A stretch of 64,000 bases of DNA, from NCBI GenBank assembly GCA_965287045.1, contig OZ336890.1, forward strand, positions 35,712,001-35,776,000, written 5' to 3'. Shown here piece after piece: positions 1 through 13,552 of the stretch (position 1 is its first letter; each line of letters begins with the position of its first letter). The translations under genes and the position numbers were made by a program. This stretch comes from Carcharhinus amblyrhynchos (lineage: Eukaryota). A model generated the notes under the pieces. That model was not told where the DNA came from. It made no database searches and saw nothing but the letters and a program-made list of their open reading frames with translations.

Positions 1-63
1 CTCCCACTCCACAAATTAGCATGTTAAAGTCAGCTTCATTTGAACTCCTATTTCCAGACGAAT

Positions 64-372
64 TTCATAGAATCCCTGCGGTGCAAAAGGAGGCCATTCA
101 GCTCATTGAATCTGCACCGACTCTCCAAAAGAGCATCCCCATCCAGGCCCTATCCCCTTAACCTCACATATGTACCCCACTAATCCCTCTATCCTACACA
201 TCTTGGGATACTAGGAAGCAATTTACCACGATCAATTAATCTTAACCTGCACATCTTTGGCTTGTGGAGGAAACCAGAGCACTCGGAGGAAACCCACACA
301 GATGGGGAGATTGTGCAAACTCCACGCTGTCAACCGAAGCCAGAATTGAACCCAAGCCACTGTCACTATGAA
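64..372 (-). mobile_element. HE1-type tRNA-derived V-SINE with HER1/CR1-like tail
   Basis: V-domain (tgtgtgggtttcctccgagtgctctggtttcctcc) and tail ...aatggcctcct...gattctatga on the minus strand. Confidence 0.8.
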
Positions 373-2287
373 GCTTTGAATCCTTGAAATCTTTTGAAGT
401 CTGAATCCTTGAAATCTTTTAAAACTTTGCACTAATGTACGAGAATATTACTGACTTCTCCAGATCAATAAAACAGGATCACGGACCCATCTTTTCCAAA
501 TCCATTTATCATTTTTCTTTTGAAGGTCCTATTAGAAATATTAATTCACTTAATTGATTTACAACAGCATTTTGTTTTAAGGCCAATCTGTCAAAAAGAT
601 GAATCATTCTGCTCGTCCTCAGGTTTAGAACAAGACTGTTCTGGACAAATCAGAAAAACTGAACTTTGAATTGAATTAAATTCTTGTTAATAGTCAAGCT
701 GCTTGATTAATCTATGCTCCAAATACATGACATCAGACAGCATTTCAAGGGGGATTTCTCTTTGGTTTGCATTGAATGGTGATAATGTGCATGTGAACAA
801 TCACATGGTTGCCAAATGAGAAACTCTGCAATCATAAGGCACGGATTATGCAAAAACAGAGTATGCCATAACTTGTTCTGGAAAGAATCTGCTACAGATG
901 AATACCTTGTAATCAACTACTGTATAAATTCAATTAAGGCAGATTAGTCTTCCTCGATCCTGATGTATTCAACTTGTACAGTCCTGCCAAGCTTGGAAAC
1001 ACCTGTGCTTTTCATTTATGTATATTGATGTTGGGTAAAGTGTATTAAATAGACATATACACATTACTTTCGCAGAGATGGCAAAGCAGAGAAATTCTAG
1101 AGGGGCAATAGCATTAGGAACCCACATATTCATGGGTCCACACGTTCTACAATGTTAAAAGCAGAAGTACATTCCTTCTCTTTTTATAATGGGCACTAAT
1201 AAATTAGACCCTGTAGGTTCCCATGGAAGTTGATTGGAACAGTAATGCTATGTAAACAGAAGAGGATGAAACTGCAGGAACCCCATGTGGCAACACTATC
1301 AGATTTTAGCTCCCTCCCTGCTGGAGAAATCTGTGCTCTCCGTGGGGTAAGAAAACTGATTCTGGAGTCAAAACATGTTGGGCACACATGTATCCCACCA
1401 CTCCGATTCTGTATACTGCTGCTCTCAAACATGGCGCCATGCACAGATTAATTATTGCTTGAATTTATTGCAGGTTTCTTGGAAAAGTAGTGGGTTGCTA
1501 AATTTCAATTGATAAACAACAGTATGCATACAGTGGGCTTGCTATCCCAAAGTGAAGTAAACTGTAGTTCCTCAAAATTTCAAAAGGGTTTGATAAGAAT
1601 TACTCCCTACAAGATAGACTTCCTGATATTTTTGCAAACCTTGGAAGGAATCTAGAAACAAAACAGCACTTTCTGAAGTCTAAAAATGTTAAAAGCGGTC
1701 AAATGAACCATTATCTGCTTGTTGACATCAACAACTATATTTTAAACATTGTCGGGCCATTTTATCAAGTCATCATGCTTAATTGAAAGTTTCAAGGTGT
1801 TTTTAAGTCAATGCATTGAGGGAGTGTTCTGTCACAACCTACAATTGATGACTTTTAATAGAGTTCCAAAAATCCATACTCTATTCACTGCTGGGAAGGA
1901 CATTTTACTTTCTCCAGTGATGAGCCTTGCAGTATTTTATAGCATGACTTTAACTCACTGAAGCATTTGGGAGGGGAATATCACACCAGCGTTGTCCAAT
2001 CTTGCCCAGGCTGTCAGATGGAGTGCTGCACAGCAGTTGTGTAACCTTCCTTCGGGAGAGGAGGAGGAAATAACTCCTTTGGGTGTCTCACGTGCAAGAA
2101 AATTACATCGTGTGCTGTGCAGAGGGTGCTGACAGAGGCACCTATTGTACAAACAAGTCTCTCTTCTGACCATCCCCCAACTGGAGAATGCAATGTAGCA
2201 AGGAGTTTCACATAAAGGGGAAATGGACTGAAATAAAAGCTCTTCAAGATATCCCTTTGTTGAGTAATGTTAAGGAAAGGTAACGTA

Positions 2288-2497
2288 GGCGGCATGGTGG
2301 CAGTGGTTAGCACTGCTGCCTCAGTGTCAAGGACCCAGGTTCCCGTTCTCCTTGTGTCTGCATGGGTTTCCTCCAGGTGTTTTGGTTTCCTCCCAGTCCA
2401 AAGATGCGCAGGTTAGGTTGACTGACCATGCTAAATTGCCCCTTTGTGTCAGGGTTATGGGGATAGGGGCTAGATGGGATTGTTGTTGGTGCAGGCT
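2288..2497 (+). mobile_element. HE1-type V-SINE, internally deleted and 3' truncated
   Basis: Head ggcggcatggtggcagtggttagcactgctgcctca, V-domain, then gatgcgcaggttaggttgactgaccatgctaaattgcccc. Confidence 0.8.
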
Positions 2498-3114
2498 TCT
2501 AAATGAAATGAGCAAGGTGAAATTGTGGTCCGCACCATTGCTAGAACCAAAAGGCCACATCTGTGTGGTAAAACAGCAATGCCCATTTTGTACTGACTTT
2601 TCAAATTGAAATGATCAATCTATTTAGTTTGGGTATTTGCCAGAGGTGTTTGTAACATGTTACTGACCCATCTTGTCTCTGAAGAAAAACAGCAGCATAT
2701 CAAAGTGACAGTAGTATGGGGTCTCAGTCAGAACAAAGCTCTTAACACTTTTAAAAAAGGTTACATTTATCGCACCTGATCAGCCTTTCAGCAGGGTGTG
2801 CACTACCCAACTCAGAAGGCTGCAATGCTACACTTTAGAGAACAATGTTCGATTGACGTTTGCTGAAATTTGATCTGCTGAAGCACAATCTGACTGCTCC
2901 AAACTGTGTGACAAACAGTGCAATGTGGCACCTTGTTGCATCGGTCACATGAAGTTGACTACAATTGTTTCCTGCTTTTTAAAATGCATACCTTATCAAA
3001 CTGTGCAATGAGTGAATTTATCATGTTATTGTGTGCAAGCGTAAGTTATTTCATAATACATTATAGACCTCATCAAAATCACATTATTCCTTAGTCAAAT
3101 GCACTACTTTTGCT

Positions 3115-3407
3115 AAAGTTAATTTATTAGTCACAAGTAGGCTTACATTAACACTGCAATGAGGTTACTATGAAAATCCCTGAGTCACCACACGCCATTG
3201 CCTGTTCGGGTACACTGAAGAAGATTTTAGCATGGCCAATGCACTTAATCAATATGTATTTTGGACTTTGGGAGGAAATTGGAGTACGGAGGAAACCCAC
3301 ACAGACACGGGGAGAACGTGCAGACTCGGCACAGATAGTGACCCAAACTAGGAATCGAACCTGGGTTCCTGGTGCTGTGATGCAGCAGTGCTAACCACTG
3401 TGCTACC
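3115..3407 (-). mobile_element. V-SINE with alternative (…gtaagcctacttgtgactaataaa) tail
   Basis: tRNA-like head with B box (ggttcgattcc), V-domain, and a tail shared with about 9 other copies in the window. Confidence 0.85.
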
Positions 3408-4840
3408 CTTTAATCATAAATTTATGATTACCATCTTCTCTCCTAAGAGTATTGTATTATAATTAGCAAGTAATCGACTGAAGTGAAAAATGTACGATGA
3501 AAAATAATTTCTACCACTTAAAACTTTTAACAGCATCCTGTTCAAATGAACAGCCAGGAACTCAGCTACCACCTGGTTCCAATACACAGGATGATGCTAA
3601 CTCAGTCCAGGCTTGGCAAAAAGACAGGATTCAAAGCTGGCTTGTTGATTTCCAACTAACTCAACTTACATTCTGGACTCCATACACCGTAATTCATCAC
3701 ACAAGTTCTATGTGTGGCATAACCTCATTGTTAACTGATGCATTATCTGTCCGTTAGCATTTTAAAATGCTGTGTACTGGTATAATAAGCTAGGAATTTC
3801 AATTCAAGTGAGTCCAGGGCATAACTTGACACCATTCTGGAGCTTGGGCACCGAAGGCTAGTATTACAGTACCAGGTTTAACAGAAGCATTTGTGGCTAT
3901 TCACACTGGTAACATTCTTCTGGCATTTACTGATTTTGTTAGTGGTCAAAAGCTACTGATTGGATCAAACTTATTTTTACATCAGTAGCTGGTCAGAATT
4001 TTACAGTCTAATGGACTACAATGTCTTAAAAGCCTCCTTAATATTGTAACTGTTGATAGATTTCATGCTATCTTCTAGTTGTAATTAATTATTTGAGCGT
4101 TGAATCTCAGGATTTCAATTTATGATCCATTGACACTTTGGCAGTTAGTATTACAACCACATGCATTCATAGTGAATTCAGAACAGTCACATTCAAACTT
4201 CCTCCTGCTGTATTATATGATCATAAAAATAGTCCAAGTATTTTTATCAGCTAAGATCAGAGAGTTAATTATCTCCTTGCAGACGTTACAGATGCTGCGG
4301 CTCAGAAGGTTTCAGCTTTCTTGAGCCCAGCCGGGATTATTTTGGGAATGGGTATGAGTAATAAGGGCTGGAGAATTTACTCCAGAAGTTGGAAGAAAAC
4401 CACATTAGTTAATGTGTGCATACAACAAGGGGGCATTGTCTTTTGATTCTTCATTTGGTGCGCCGAACTACACACCAAATTTATCACCTGTGTCCAGGAT
4501 GGCCTCCTGAAACAAGTATTGGGCACTGTGAAATGTACAGTGGGTCAAATGTCCATTTGAGACCCCATTCCAAATCATCCATTAACCTTAGTGGAGCATG
4601 GGCCAGTTTTAAAGGATTAGCCAACCTTCTTTAGAGGGGCCAATGGAGTAAGCCCTCAGAGATATTTAAAAAGCTCGGAGGCAGAGGAGGACTGCTCCAG
4701 ACCCCAAAATAAAAGTTCCGCCAGCCACTGCCAACCCAGGTCCACCCTCTGAAATATACTCCTCCAGCATCTCCTCAGACATTATGTGAGAGCCAGATCA
4801 GGATCACTACTGCCCAAGGTGCTAAACCAGGAACCTGCAA

Positions 4841-4975
4841 GCCTGGATTCTCTGATCTCACATGCCCCGCCGATGCTGCCAGCGAGAACGGAGAATTTAG
4901 TGCTTGGCCAAAACTCAATTCACTCCAGCGGGACCGGAGAATCCCAGCCACGTGCGAGATTGGAGAATTGCATGC
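4841..4975. mobile_element. Probable MITE / non-autonomous DNA element
   Basis: Imperfect terminal inverted repeats of about 25 bp: left gcctggattctctgatctcacatg versus the reverse complement of the right end gcatgcaattctccaatctcgcacgtg. Locally CpG-rich. Confidence 0.55.
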
Positions 4976-7900
4976 CAACACATTCTGCTTATTAAATGGG
5001 AGGTGCCATGATTCAGTAATGTGTATCTGCCTTCATTACTAGTCATGAAAGATAAGATGGCATGATTTTAAAGATGGCATCAGACAAAACAATTTCTGCA
5101 GCAGCCGTGATCATTTTCAGTAAGAATGTCACAGCTGTTCAATTTTTTTCCCTTCCTTTCTCTTCCCGTAGATTTCTTACCCGAGGCTGTTGCAATTTCC
5201 ACATCAAGTTGGAGATTTGGAAATCCCTAGTCCCAGGCAAAACCTTCCACACGTGTCGAGTGATTCAGTTACATCCTGGACTGCCTTTAAAAAGGCAGAA
5301 GAATTATTACAGGACTAATGGGATGTGGTCAGATTGTGCTATTGTCAGAGTCGAAGGGAGTGTTGACTTTTTCAGGTTCTGCCGTTTTCACAAGAATAAC
5401 TAAGATTATTCTCCGCTACTGTTCCTTTCCTTGGCTGGCACTGTAGTGGAGAAGCAGCCAATTAAAGTCGAATGTTTCCAGTTACATAATTGCACAACTG
5501 TCTGCTGCTTGTTAGGAGGCATTTCTAGACTCTATAAGAGACACATTGAAATGAGCAAAGGAAAACATTAATAGCCTGCAATACCTTCAATGTCGGATAG
5601 TTTGCAGTCAATTAAGAGTATCATAAACCAAATAGGTCATTAGACTCCCAACATATATGAGTAAAACCACACAAGTAAAACCTTCTCATCTGCAGCCGAT
5701 TAAAATGGGAGACCACAGCACTTAATGGAAAAAAATTGAACTGTTCATCGACTTCCCTCAGATATTTTAGAACTAGTGCTGCTACAAAATTAGCGGCAAC
5801 TAATTATCCACATGGTTTGAGCTTCAATAGCAATATTTTGCTCGAGAAACATCAATCTACACTCATGTTACTTTATCAAATAAGGATCTTCATGGAAAGA
5901 AGCCCTCAAGGTGTCAGATGCTATTATAATTTTATAGCCAAAATTAGCATGCATCAATTTCCTGGTAGGGTAAAATAAGCGATTTATTCCAAGTCTGTGC
6001 CTCTTGATGAATCGATGGGTCATTGGAGCATTAAGAGTTAATAATTGATACAAGTGTAATGGAAGTAGTTTAGTCTTGGCTGTATACTTTGCTCTGGGTG
6101 TTTATTTCCTCCCTCCTCAGTTTTGCCAATAAACATCTTTGCAGGGCGGCATATTGTTAAATAAGTGTCCAACATAGAACTTAAAAACCCAGAAAAATAA
6201 ACCTTTCATTTGGCTCAAAACAAAAAAAAAAAGAACCTTGCTGAGCATCAGGCCTACAAGATCAGCTGGCTTCTTTTGATACAGCTGACTTCAGCTACAG
6301 GGGAAAGAAAACCTTAATAAGGAAGAAGGAATATGTGTAAAAAGAAGTTTGATGAGGGGCTTGTTTGAATGATCCTGAACAATAATTGGCAGTACACCAT
6401 GTGTGGAAAGCTTACTGCCAACATGGGTGTTTGACATGGAGTTCCTGTTGGACTGAATTGCTTTTGTTTCCACCTTCAGCAGGAGATTCCTATCTCGCTC
6501 AGCCATGTTTTCCCAACTGTTGTGGCCACATTCAGTGGTGGCCGGCAGGGGCCAGGCCACCCCAGTAGCCTCACTCCTCCCCTCTCCCCATGTCCCCCTT
6601 ACAATTAGTCTCTGTAATTCAAAGTGAAAACAATCCACTGCTTCCCAGTGCGAGATGAAAGGAGTTTGTGCAGCAGAAGTAATTTCACCGCTGTGAAGAG
6701 GCCACTCCAGGCATTGTGTCCGGTTAAGGAGTTGGAACAGGATTGGCTGGCAGGGGTTGCCATGTGATTCTGCTGCTACCTACTGTTTTTATGGTGCTTA
6801 GGTAGAGCTTGTTGGGATAACGGGCACAATAGAATACAGAGTGAAAGTAATCTTTTAATGCATAGAGGAAAGTGTTTTATTTATACAAAACAGGTTCCTC
6901 CATTGCCTTCAAACCTAATTACACTTACTAAAAAGTGCTCTTCATGCTGAACATCTCTAAAGAAATCCATTGTCCTTTGCCTCACAGTGGTCTAATTACC
7001 TAAAACTTTAAATAAGCACATTTTATGGTTTGAGATCACAGCTTTTAGGACTATATTAACTTGATATGCTGAGCAAACCACTTAAGTCTGTAAATAGCAC
7101 ATAAATGTAGTCATGCTGGACAGTTGTTCTGAGGTCAAGCAAAAAAGGAGAAAATAAATTACAATAATTCTCATTTGGAATTTTACAATCTTATATTTGT
7201 GCTTTTGCAAAAATTAAAGACTAATGACACAAATATAGATTAAAGAAATGAAATAGAGGTCAGATTTTATATAAGAATTAGCCAGTTCTGCACCTCAACA
7301 TCCACAGCCTCAACTTTCAATAAAAAATATTTGAACCCCAAACAATGACCAAATTCACTCTCTACAAACAAACCTAAACGTAGGCTTCTAATTGTTTACC
7401 TCAGTGTCACAGGTTTTGGGATGATTCTGTTCTGGTAGAATCCTTCCACGATTTACACTGTTTTTGAAATAGTAACTAACTTTACTCTGCAAGTGCAAGT
7501 TCCAAAGCGAGAGAATAAGTGTCTTGTAAGCTTGATGCCTCAATGTGCTTCCAACTATCAAAATGGCTTTGGCGTGCTGCAACCCCTGAATGCTTTTTAA
7601 TGCAAAGTTATTTCCAAAGGCAGAGAAGTGATGTGTAACCTAACATTAAACCTGTCTAGCCTTAAAGTCTGTTCAGAGCAGAGGAGGTGGCAGTCAAGCA
7701 ACTAAAGAGAAAACGAGGTTTGGTTACTTTGTTCTTTAAACTGCAGGATATTAGTCTGACCTTTCCCAGAATGCTGCTGGTCCAGTTGTCCATTAAAACA
7801 TCCAGAATGTAAGGCTAATGAGGCATTTGGGTCAAGAGCTTGCAAACTAGGGAAACAATTGGGGTCAAAAACTCCAGTAACTTTTTTTTTTAAAAGTCTT

Positions 7901-10900
7901 CAGTGGGTGTGCAACAAAGAAATGCAGAACAAGATAAACAAAAAAATAGGCAGCTACAATCATGTCTTTAACCCAAAAAGATCCTTTGTCTTATGGATTG
8001 ACTGAATGACACAGAGCTTGCACATCAATAGAAAATGGAAGATAATGCAGTATTTGTATTATTACTTTGCAGTTCTGAATTCAATGCTGCGTAGGTACCA
8101 ACATCTGTGTAGCCATTTCAAATTTCAATGTTCTTGTTAATTGTAAGAGGCAACAATCTTAGCTTCACACTGAAACCTTGCATGAGTTTTCAAAATACAC
8201 GCAAATGCTAAGAAAAGCTATGTTGCAAATTTACCGGCTGTGCAGATTATTTGAATATTAAAAATAAAGCACAATTGGATTAAAAAAAGTTTAAAACTAC
8301 AACTGTGAAACAAATGTAAGACTCAAAATTGCATTTATCTCATTCTATGATGGTTCTTGCCAAATAAGGCAATAAGTGATACTAATCAACTCAGCAAAAC
8401 CCACTGGATGATAATGGTTATACCTTTGCAGTTTTGCTGTTATTCAATCTGATTCATAGAATTGTTATATTTAATCTGACTGAAACCTAGGACACTTAAC
8501 TTAAGCACTAAGGATACCAGATCTTTGTTCCAAACTCTTTCCTAATGTCAAATCGGACTTTTAATTTTAACAGATTTACTTACAACTAACTGATCACCTT
8601 GGTGTGTTTAAGTAGACTTCACATTTGGACCAACTAATTTACAATAAGATTTCTACAAATTGGGTGAATGCAATTATTAGAGAAATACTTTCAATCTGGC
8701 TTACCGGGGAAGGAAATTTCCATATTTAAGCTATATTTTATAGGAGACCTGGCTTATAAGAGTATTTTGACAATATAGTGTGAAACCACAACCACTGTAA
8801 CCCTCAACTGAGAAACTGCAATAAGCACAATTAAGTCAAGTGGAAGGGAGTTCCCTACAATTCAAAAAAATGATAGTGTCTATTGCATGGCACCTATGGT
8901 AATCACAAAGTGAACATGAAGGCAAGTGTATTATTGTGGGAACTTGTGAGCCTGCATTAAGTGCCGGTCTGAGTAATAGACTTACTGGTGCTGTACAAAC
9001 ATCAAAGGTTTAGTCAGTTTCAGGGTAACTGCTTCAGGACAGTGGCATTAGACAAATTAAAAATATCACCTAACACCTACTAAGTTACTGATACGAAGAT
9101 AGTGTGATGATTCATGCCTTTGGTCACACAAATATTATTCAGGTCCTTACACAAACTTTCAGATCCTCAGGTGGTCTCTTCCTAGTTGATAAAGTGTGGT
9201 TGTCAATGGTAAGGCAGTAGATTGAGTCACTTAATCATCTGCTGAAGGAATTCTGAAGGTTTTGAAAGTCTTTGTTATCAGTTACCTCAACTGCTACATT
9301 GCCTTTCTCTTACAGTATCATCATCAATATGTAGTTCAGTTAGTTGGTCATTAATTAGAAACAAGAAATTTATTAGATGAGGTACTGATCACAATTGGTG
9401 TGCTTGATTGACTTGCTATGTCTTGACATCTTAACCTAATCTGTAAGACACATATCAAGAAACATTCTTAATGCACTGTCTAGGTAGTTGAGAAAAGAAA
9501 TTTTGCAGTCAGGGCTGCTTCTGTCATCAATGGTTCATACAAGGTTTATGACAATTTAAGCACGGGTTGTGGGAAAAATTTGTTCAGCTACGTCTACAGT
9601 TAGAAAAACTCCCCATCAAGTTTTTTAAATGAATCATGAATTCTGCAAACCAATTTCTCTTGCAAATTTGTTTTTAGGTCCAGTCACTATCTGTGGGCTT
9701 GCTTCGTGACTAACAGGAGTGCTTAGAAGCACTGTGCCATCCAGTTTGAAAAGCTACAGCTGTCTGAAACAAATTCCCTTTTTTTTCAGTAATGTGCAAG
9801 TAGGAAAGGCCATCGAAAGTGCAGCAGTTGAACATTTTGCAGTAATGTCCTTCTGCCTCCTTAATGCAATAATGCAATGAATTCTGTGTCAAATGGAATA
9901 AAAAGAATGAAATATGGCTTTTGCTATTCACATTCCCCCCAACAAATCTGCTACAATGAATGATTCTGTCTCATTAAACAATCTTTACATTCTTCAACTG
10001 ATTGTCCTCATCTTATCTATAACTTTAAAACCAACTCATGTCCTGTATTTTACTCTCCTTGTCAGGAGAACACTGGTTCAGGCGGGTTAATTAATTGTAA
10101 CTGCAAATATAAAGCCTCAATTCCTGTAAAACAAACACCAGACTCACTCTGGTACAGATACATGATATACAACCAATTAAACTGACAATATCTGGGCTTT
10201 TTGCAACAACCTGCAGATAATCTGAGACAGGCTAATTGCTCTGAAATATGATAACTAAACTGAAAATACATTTCAACTGTATGAGCAATTAAAATTGCTC
10301 ATAATGAATCTCAATGATCACACACATACACACACAGCTACTCACATTGGAAACATAGCCACATGTAATGGTAATTATTGGGACTTTAAGGAAATACTGG
10401 ACTTAATGGAATTAAAGTCAATAGGAAATGGCAATGGTGAAATTTCGTGCAACACAATGTGCCAGATTATATTTTGTTACCCCTCCCATTTGAACAAATT
10501 TAAAGAGGCCTCTTAACCATTCTGGTAGCTACTCAATATCAGAACGTTGTCCAATGACCAACCTTGACCTGTATTTACAAAACACATATGTAAATGTAAC
10601 TCCCTTGACAATTAATAGCAGGTACAGATCTAGCTAACAGAGTGATTGTCTTCAGGTACAAGCATTATATTGAATATATCTGGTTGTTAACCTACAAACT
10701 GGCAACACAGAAGTGGGAATACCCCGAGATCAATGAGACAATGCAGTTTTACTGCTTTCTCAGGGATAATCCTTTATTGGCATAAATCGAAAGTGAATAT
10801 TAGCTTGATAAATTGAGAAATGCCTGACTGGTTGACATTTAAAAGTTTGTCAAACTTGATTACAATTTCAAATCTTCTCACTTATTGAAGCTATATTGTA

Positions 10901-13489
10901 CGAAGATTCAAATCTCAATAAAAAATAAGCGCCTTGCAAAGATCAGTTTGAGGGCCATTAAACGCCCCTCAAGCACAAAGCAGAAAACAAACTTATGCTC
11001 TAGAGTCTAACAAAAATATAGTGTCTCTTTGATGTTATACTGAGAGGGTGAGGCTGCTGGCCAGAAACCTTTCTGACTCAGTAGGTTCCCGTTTCCCATC
11101 CTCTGAGATGCGTCAATGTACGTGTCATTCTAGCATGGACCAAACTGATGTAACCTCCTTGGTCTGATGACAGTATGAATCTTAACATTAAATCGGCATA
11201 GAAGAGGCTCGGTGATCACACACATACATCTATTACTTGCAGAGTGGAAATCTCTCAGGAGTAGATTTATATGTGGTTCGTCCACAATATGAATGGTATC
11301 ATTTTCAAGGAGCTCGACTTGCGGGTTTATTTACCGACGGGATTCCAATCGGGTGATAACAGCTGATCTTACTAATTAAACAAGGAAGCCTCCCCTCTCT
11401 TTTCCTGTTCCCTCTGCTCCATATGTTAAGTGACAACCACAGCCATGTCTTATCAATTACAGCCCCTACCCCCCATTCACTCACTGGAGGGCACAGATCC
11501 TCCTTTAAGAATCTGTTGGGAGTAAATGGATGTGGCTTTGTGAAAGATGGCTTCCTCCTCCTTATAGTGGACTTCTAAAAGATATTTTAGAAGCGATTTC
11601 TTGTTTTATCTTTCCTTCCTCTGCCCCCAGAAAGGGAAGTGATTGGAACAAAGGACTGGCAGCGAAAGAAATACATTTTGCCCCAAATAAAGACCAACAT
11701 TTGGTAGTTATTCAGAAAGCCGACACATATTTTGAGGGGGGCGGGACATTAACGGTAGAACATTATTTTCCTTCCAAAGGTGACAGTGCAGATGGGTTAC
11801 ATTAGACAGACACCGTTCACCATGACCAGTGATATTTGCTTAGTTCTTGTTTTAGATTCGGTGAAGTTTCTGATGCTTCAACTAGTTTTTCCAGTTAATT
11901 TTAGAAAACTTTTTGTGTGCTGTGGGGCTGGGTGTGTGGAGGGGAGGGATTGGTTAGCTTCACACTGGGGGCACGGCTCTTTACTAAATGCATTGACAAT
12001 TGGAACACTTCGGGGTGATCCAAGCAGTTCCCCAAAGGCGGATCAGAGAAAATGGGCTCCGCCAACCGCGGCAGAAGTGTACCAATCAAATATTAATTGA
12101 GAAACGGAATAAGTATTTAACCTCAAATCCAGTGGGTTATTGGGTTCTGGTTACATCGGCGTTTGTTTTTTTTTGCGAAGATATATTTTATTCGTGTAGA
12201 ATCTGAAAGACACACTGCAAAACATATCAAAGTGTAAGGTGAAGGGAAAAAAAAGTAGTTTCGATCTACAAATTCATTTGGGATATAATGATTACATTCA
12301 GATTAATGTAACAGGATGAACATGAGGGCCCCACCATTTGTAGATGGATTAGTACGGGATGAGTTTCGCAGGCCTAGTCAGGCGAAAAACAGGAAAACAC
12401 GATGCTTTTGAGTTCTCTCTCTCTCTCCCCCATCCCACTAGTTTGTATTCTTGTTGAGATTGGTCACCACTTGTGTGTAAAGATGGGAACCTGGTGGTGG
12501 CAGCACTCTCACAGAATGAAGCTGCCATCTGTCTGGGCAACTCACAGGACATGGCCAAGGATCTGCCTCGCCTCCCACCGTCAGATCGCCTGCTATTTTT
12601 AATATTGGGAAAAGGACGAAGCTTTAACCCATCCCCCTCCCCCCCAAAAAAAAAACTAGCCTTCAAAAAAATAGAATAAGCGTTTTTTTTAAATGGCCAC
12701 TTCGCGAAAACTTTCAACTCACTTTAGAATTTTGATAGCTATGAAAAAGTTTTTTGTTTTAAAAAGGTTCATATTCAAACTCTCATCCAATTACTTTCTG
12801 GAGTAAAAATGCTCCCGTGGGGCAACCGATAGAGCAAATACAGAGTAACATGCACACTGTTCAAAAGAAAAATCTCAATAACAAGAAAAACTACCCTTTC
12901 AGTGTACATTTACTGTGGCTTAACTAAACTGTCGTTAATTACAATTCGGGTCAGAACACCCCGGATTTTCGGGTCTGGATTTAAAGTAGACTAAAAAACT
13001 AAAACTTATCGCCGACATTTGGATAACTTTTCCCTTTGCTAAATTGTTCATTATCATCGTTGATAAATTACTAAACTTAATCCCCCAGTGTCAGAGTTAG
13101 CAGGCGCTTGATGTTGGAGCCGGAATCGCAATTATTCTCTTCTAGCTAAACAACCGAAGTAGCCGGCTATCTCCTGGCAGATGGACACTTGTTTGTTTCT
13201 TTTGCCTCCTCCGTCCAAAATGTTGGAATTAGGGAGGGGCGAAGAGAGGAAATAAACAAATGTTCTGTGTTGTGACAGTAAACAGTTGGGGCAAAACTCT
13301 GCCCCAAATCCCAGAACACCCGCCAACTCCAAACGGCGACCAGTCAAGGAACCCATTTCCTTTGACTGATTCACCATCCTGTGCAGATAGTGGACAACCA
13401 GTGAATTGGGGGCGGGGGGGGGGCGGTGGAGGAAGCAAAATAAAACTTATTTACACCAGTTCATTCATCTAATTGTGTCTGAGACGAAT

Positions 13490-13552
13490 TAAAGTTTATT
13501 TATTAGTCACAAGTGAGGCTCACATTGACAATGCAATTAAGTTACTATGAAA
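13490..13552 (-). mobile_element. 3' tail fragment of the alternative-tail V-SINE
   Basis: aaagtttatttattagtcacaagtgaggctcacattgacaatgcaattaagttactatgaaa matches the tails at 3115, 36721 and 47665. Confidence 0.75.

Noticed and set aside
375-421. Short tandem duplication TGAATCCTTGAAATCTTTT x2
   Set aside because: Local slippage duplication at a SINE edge. Two units only, so not an array.
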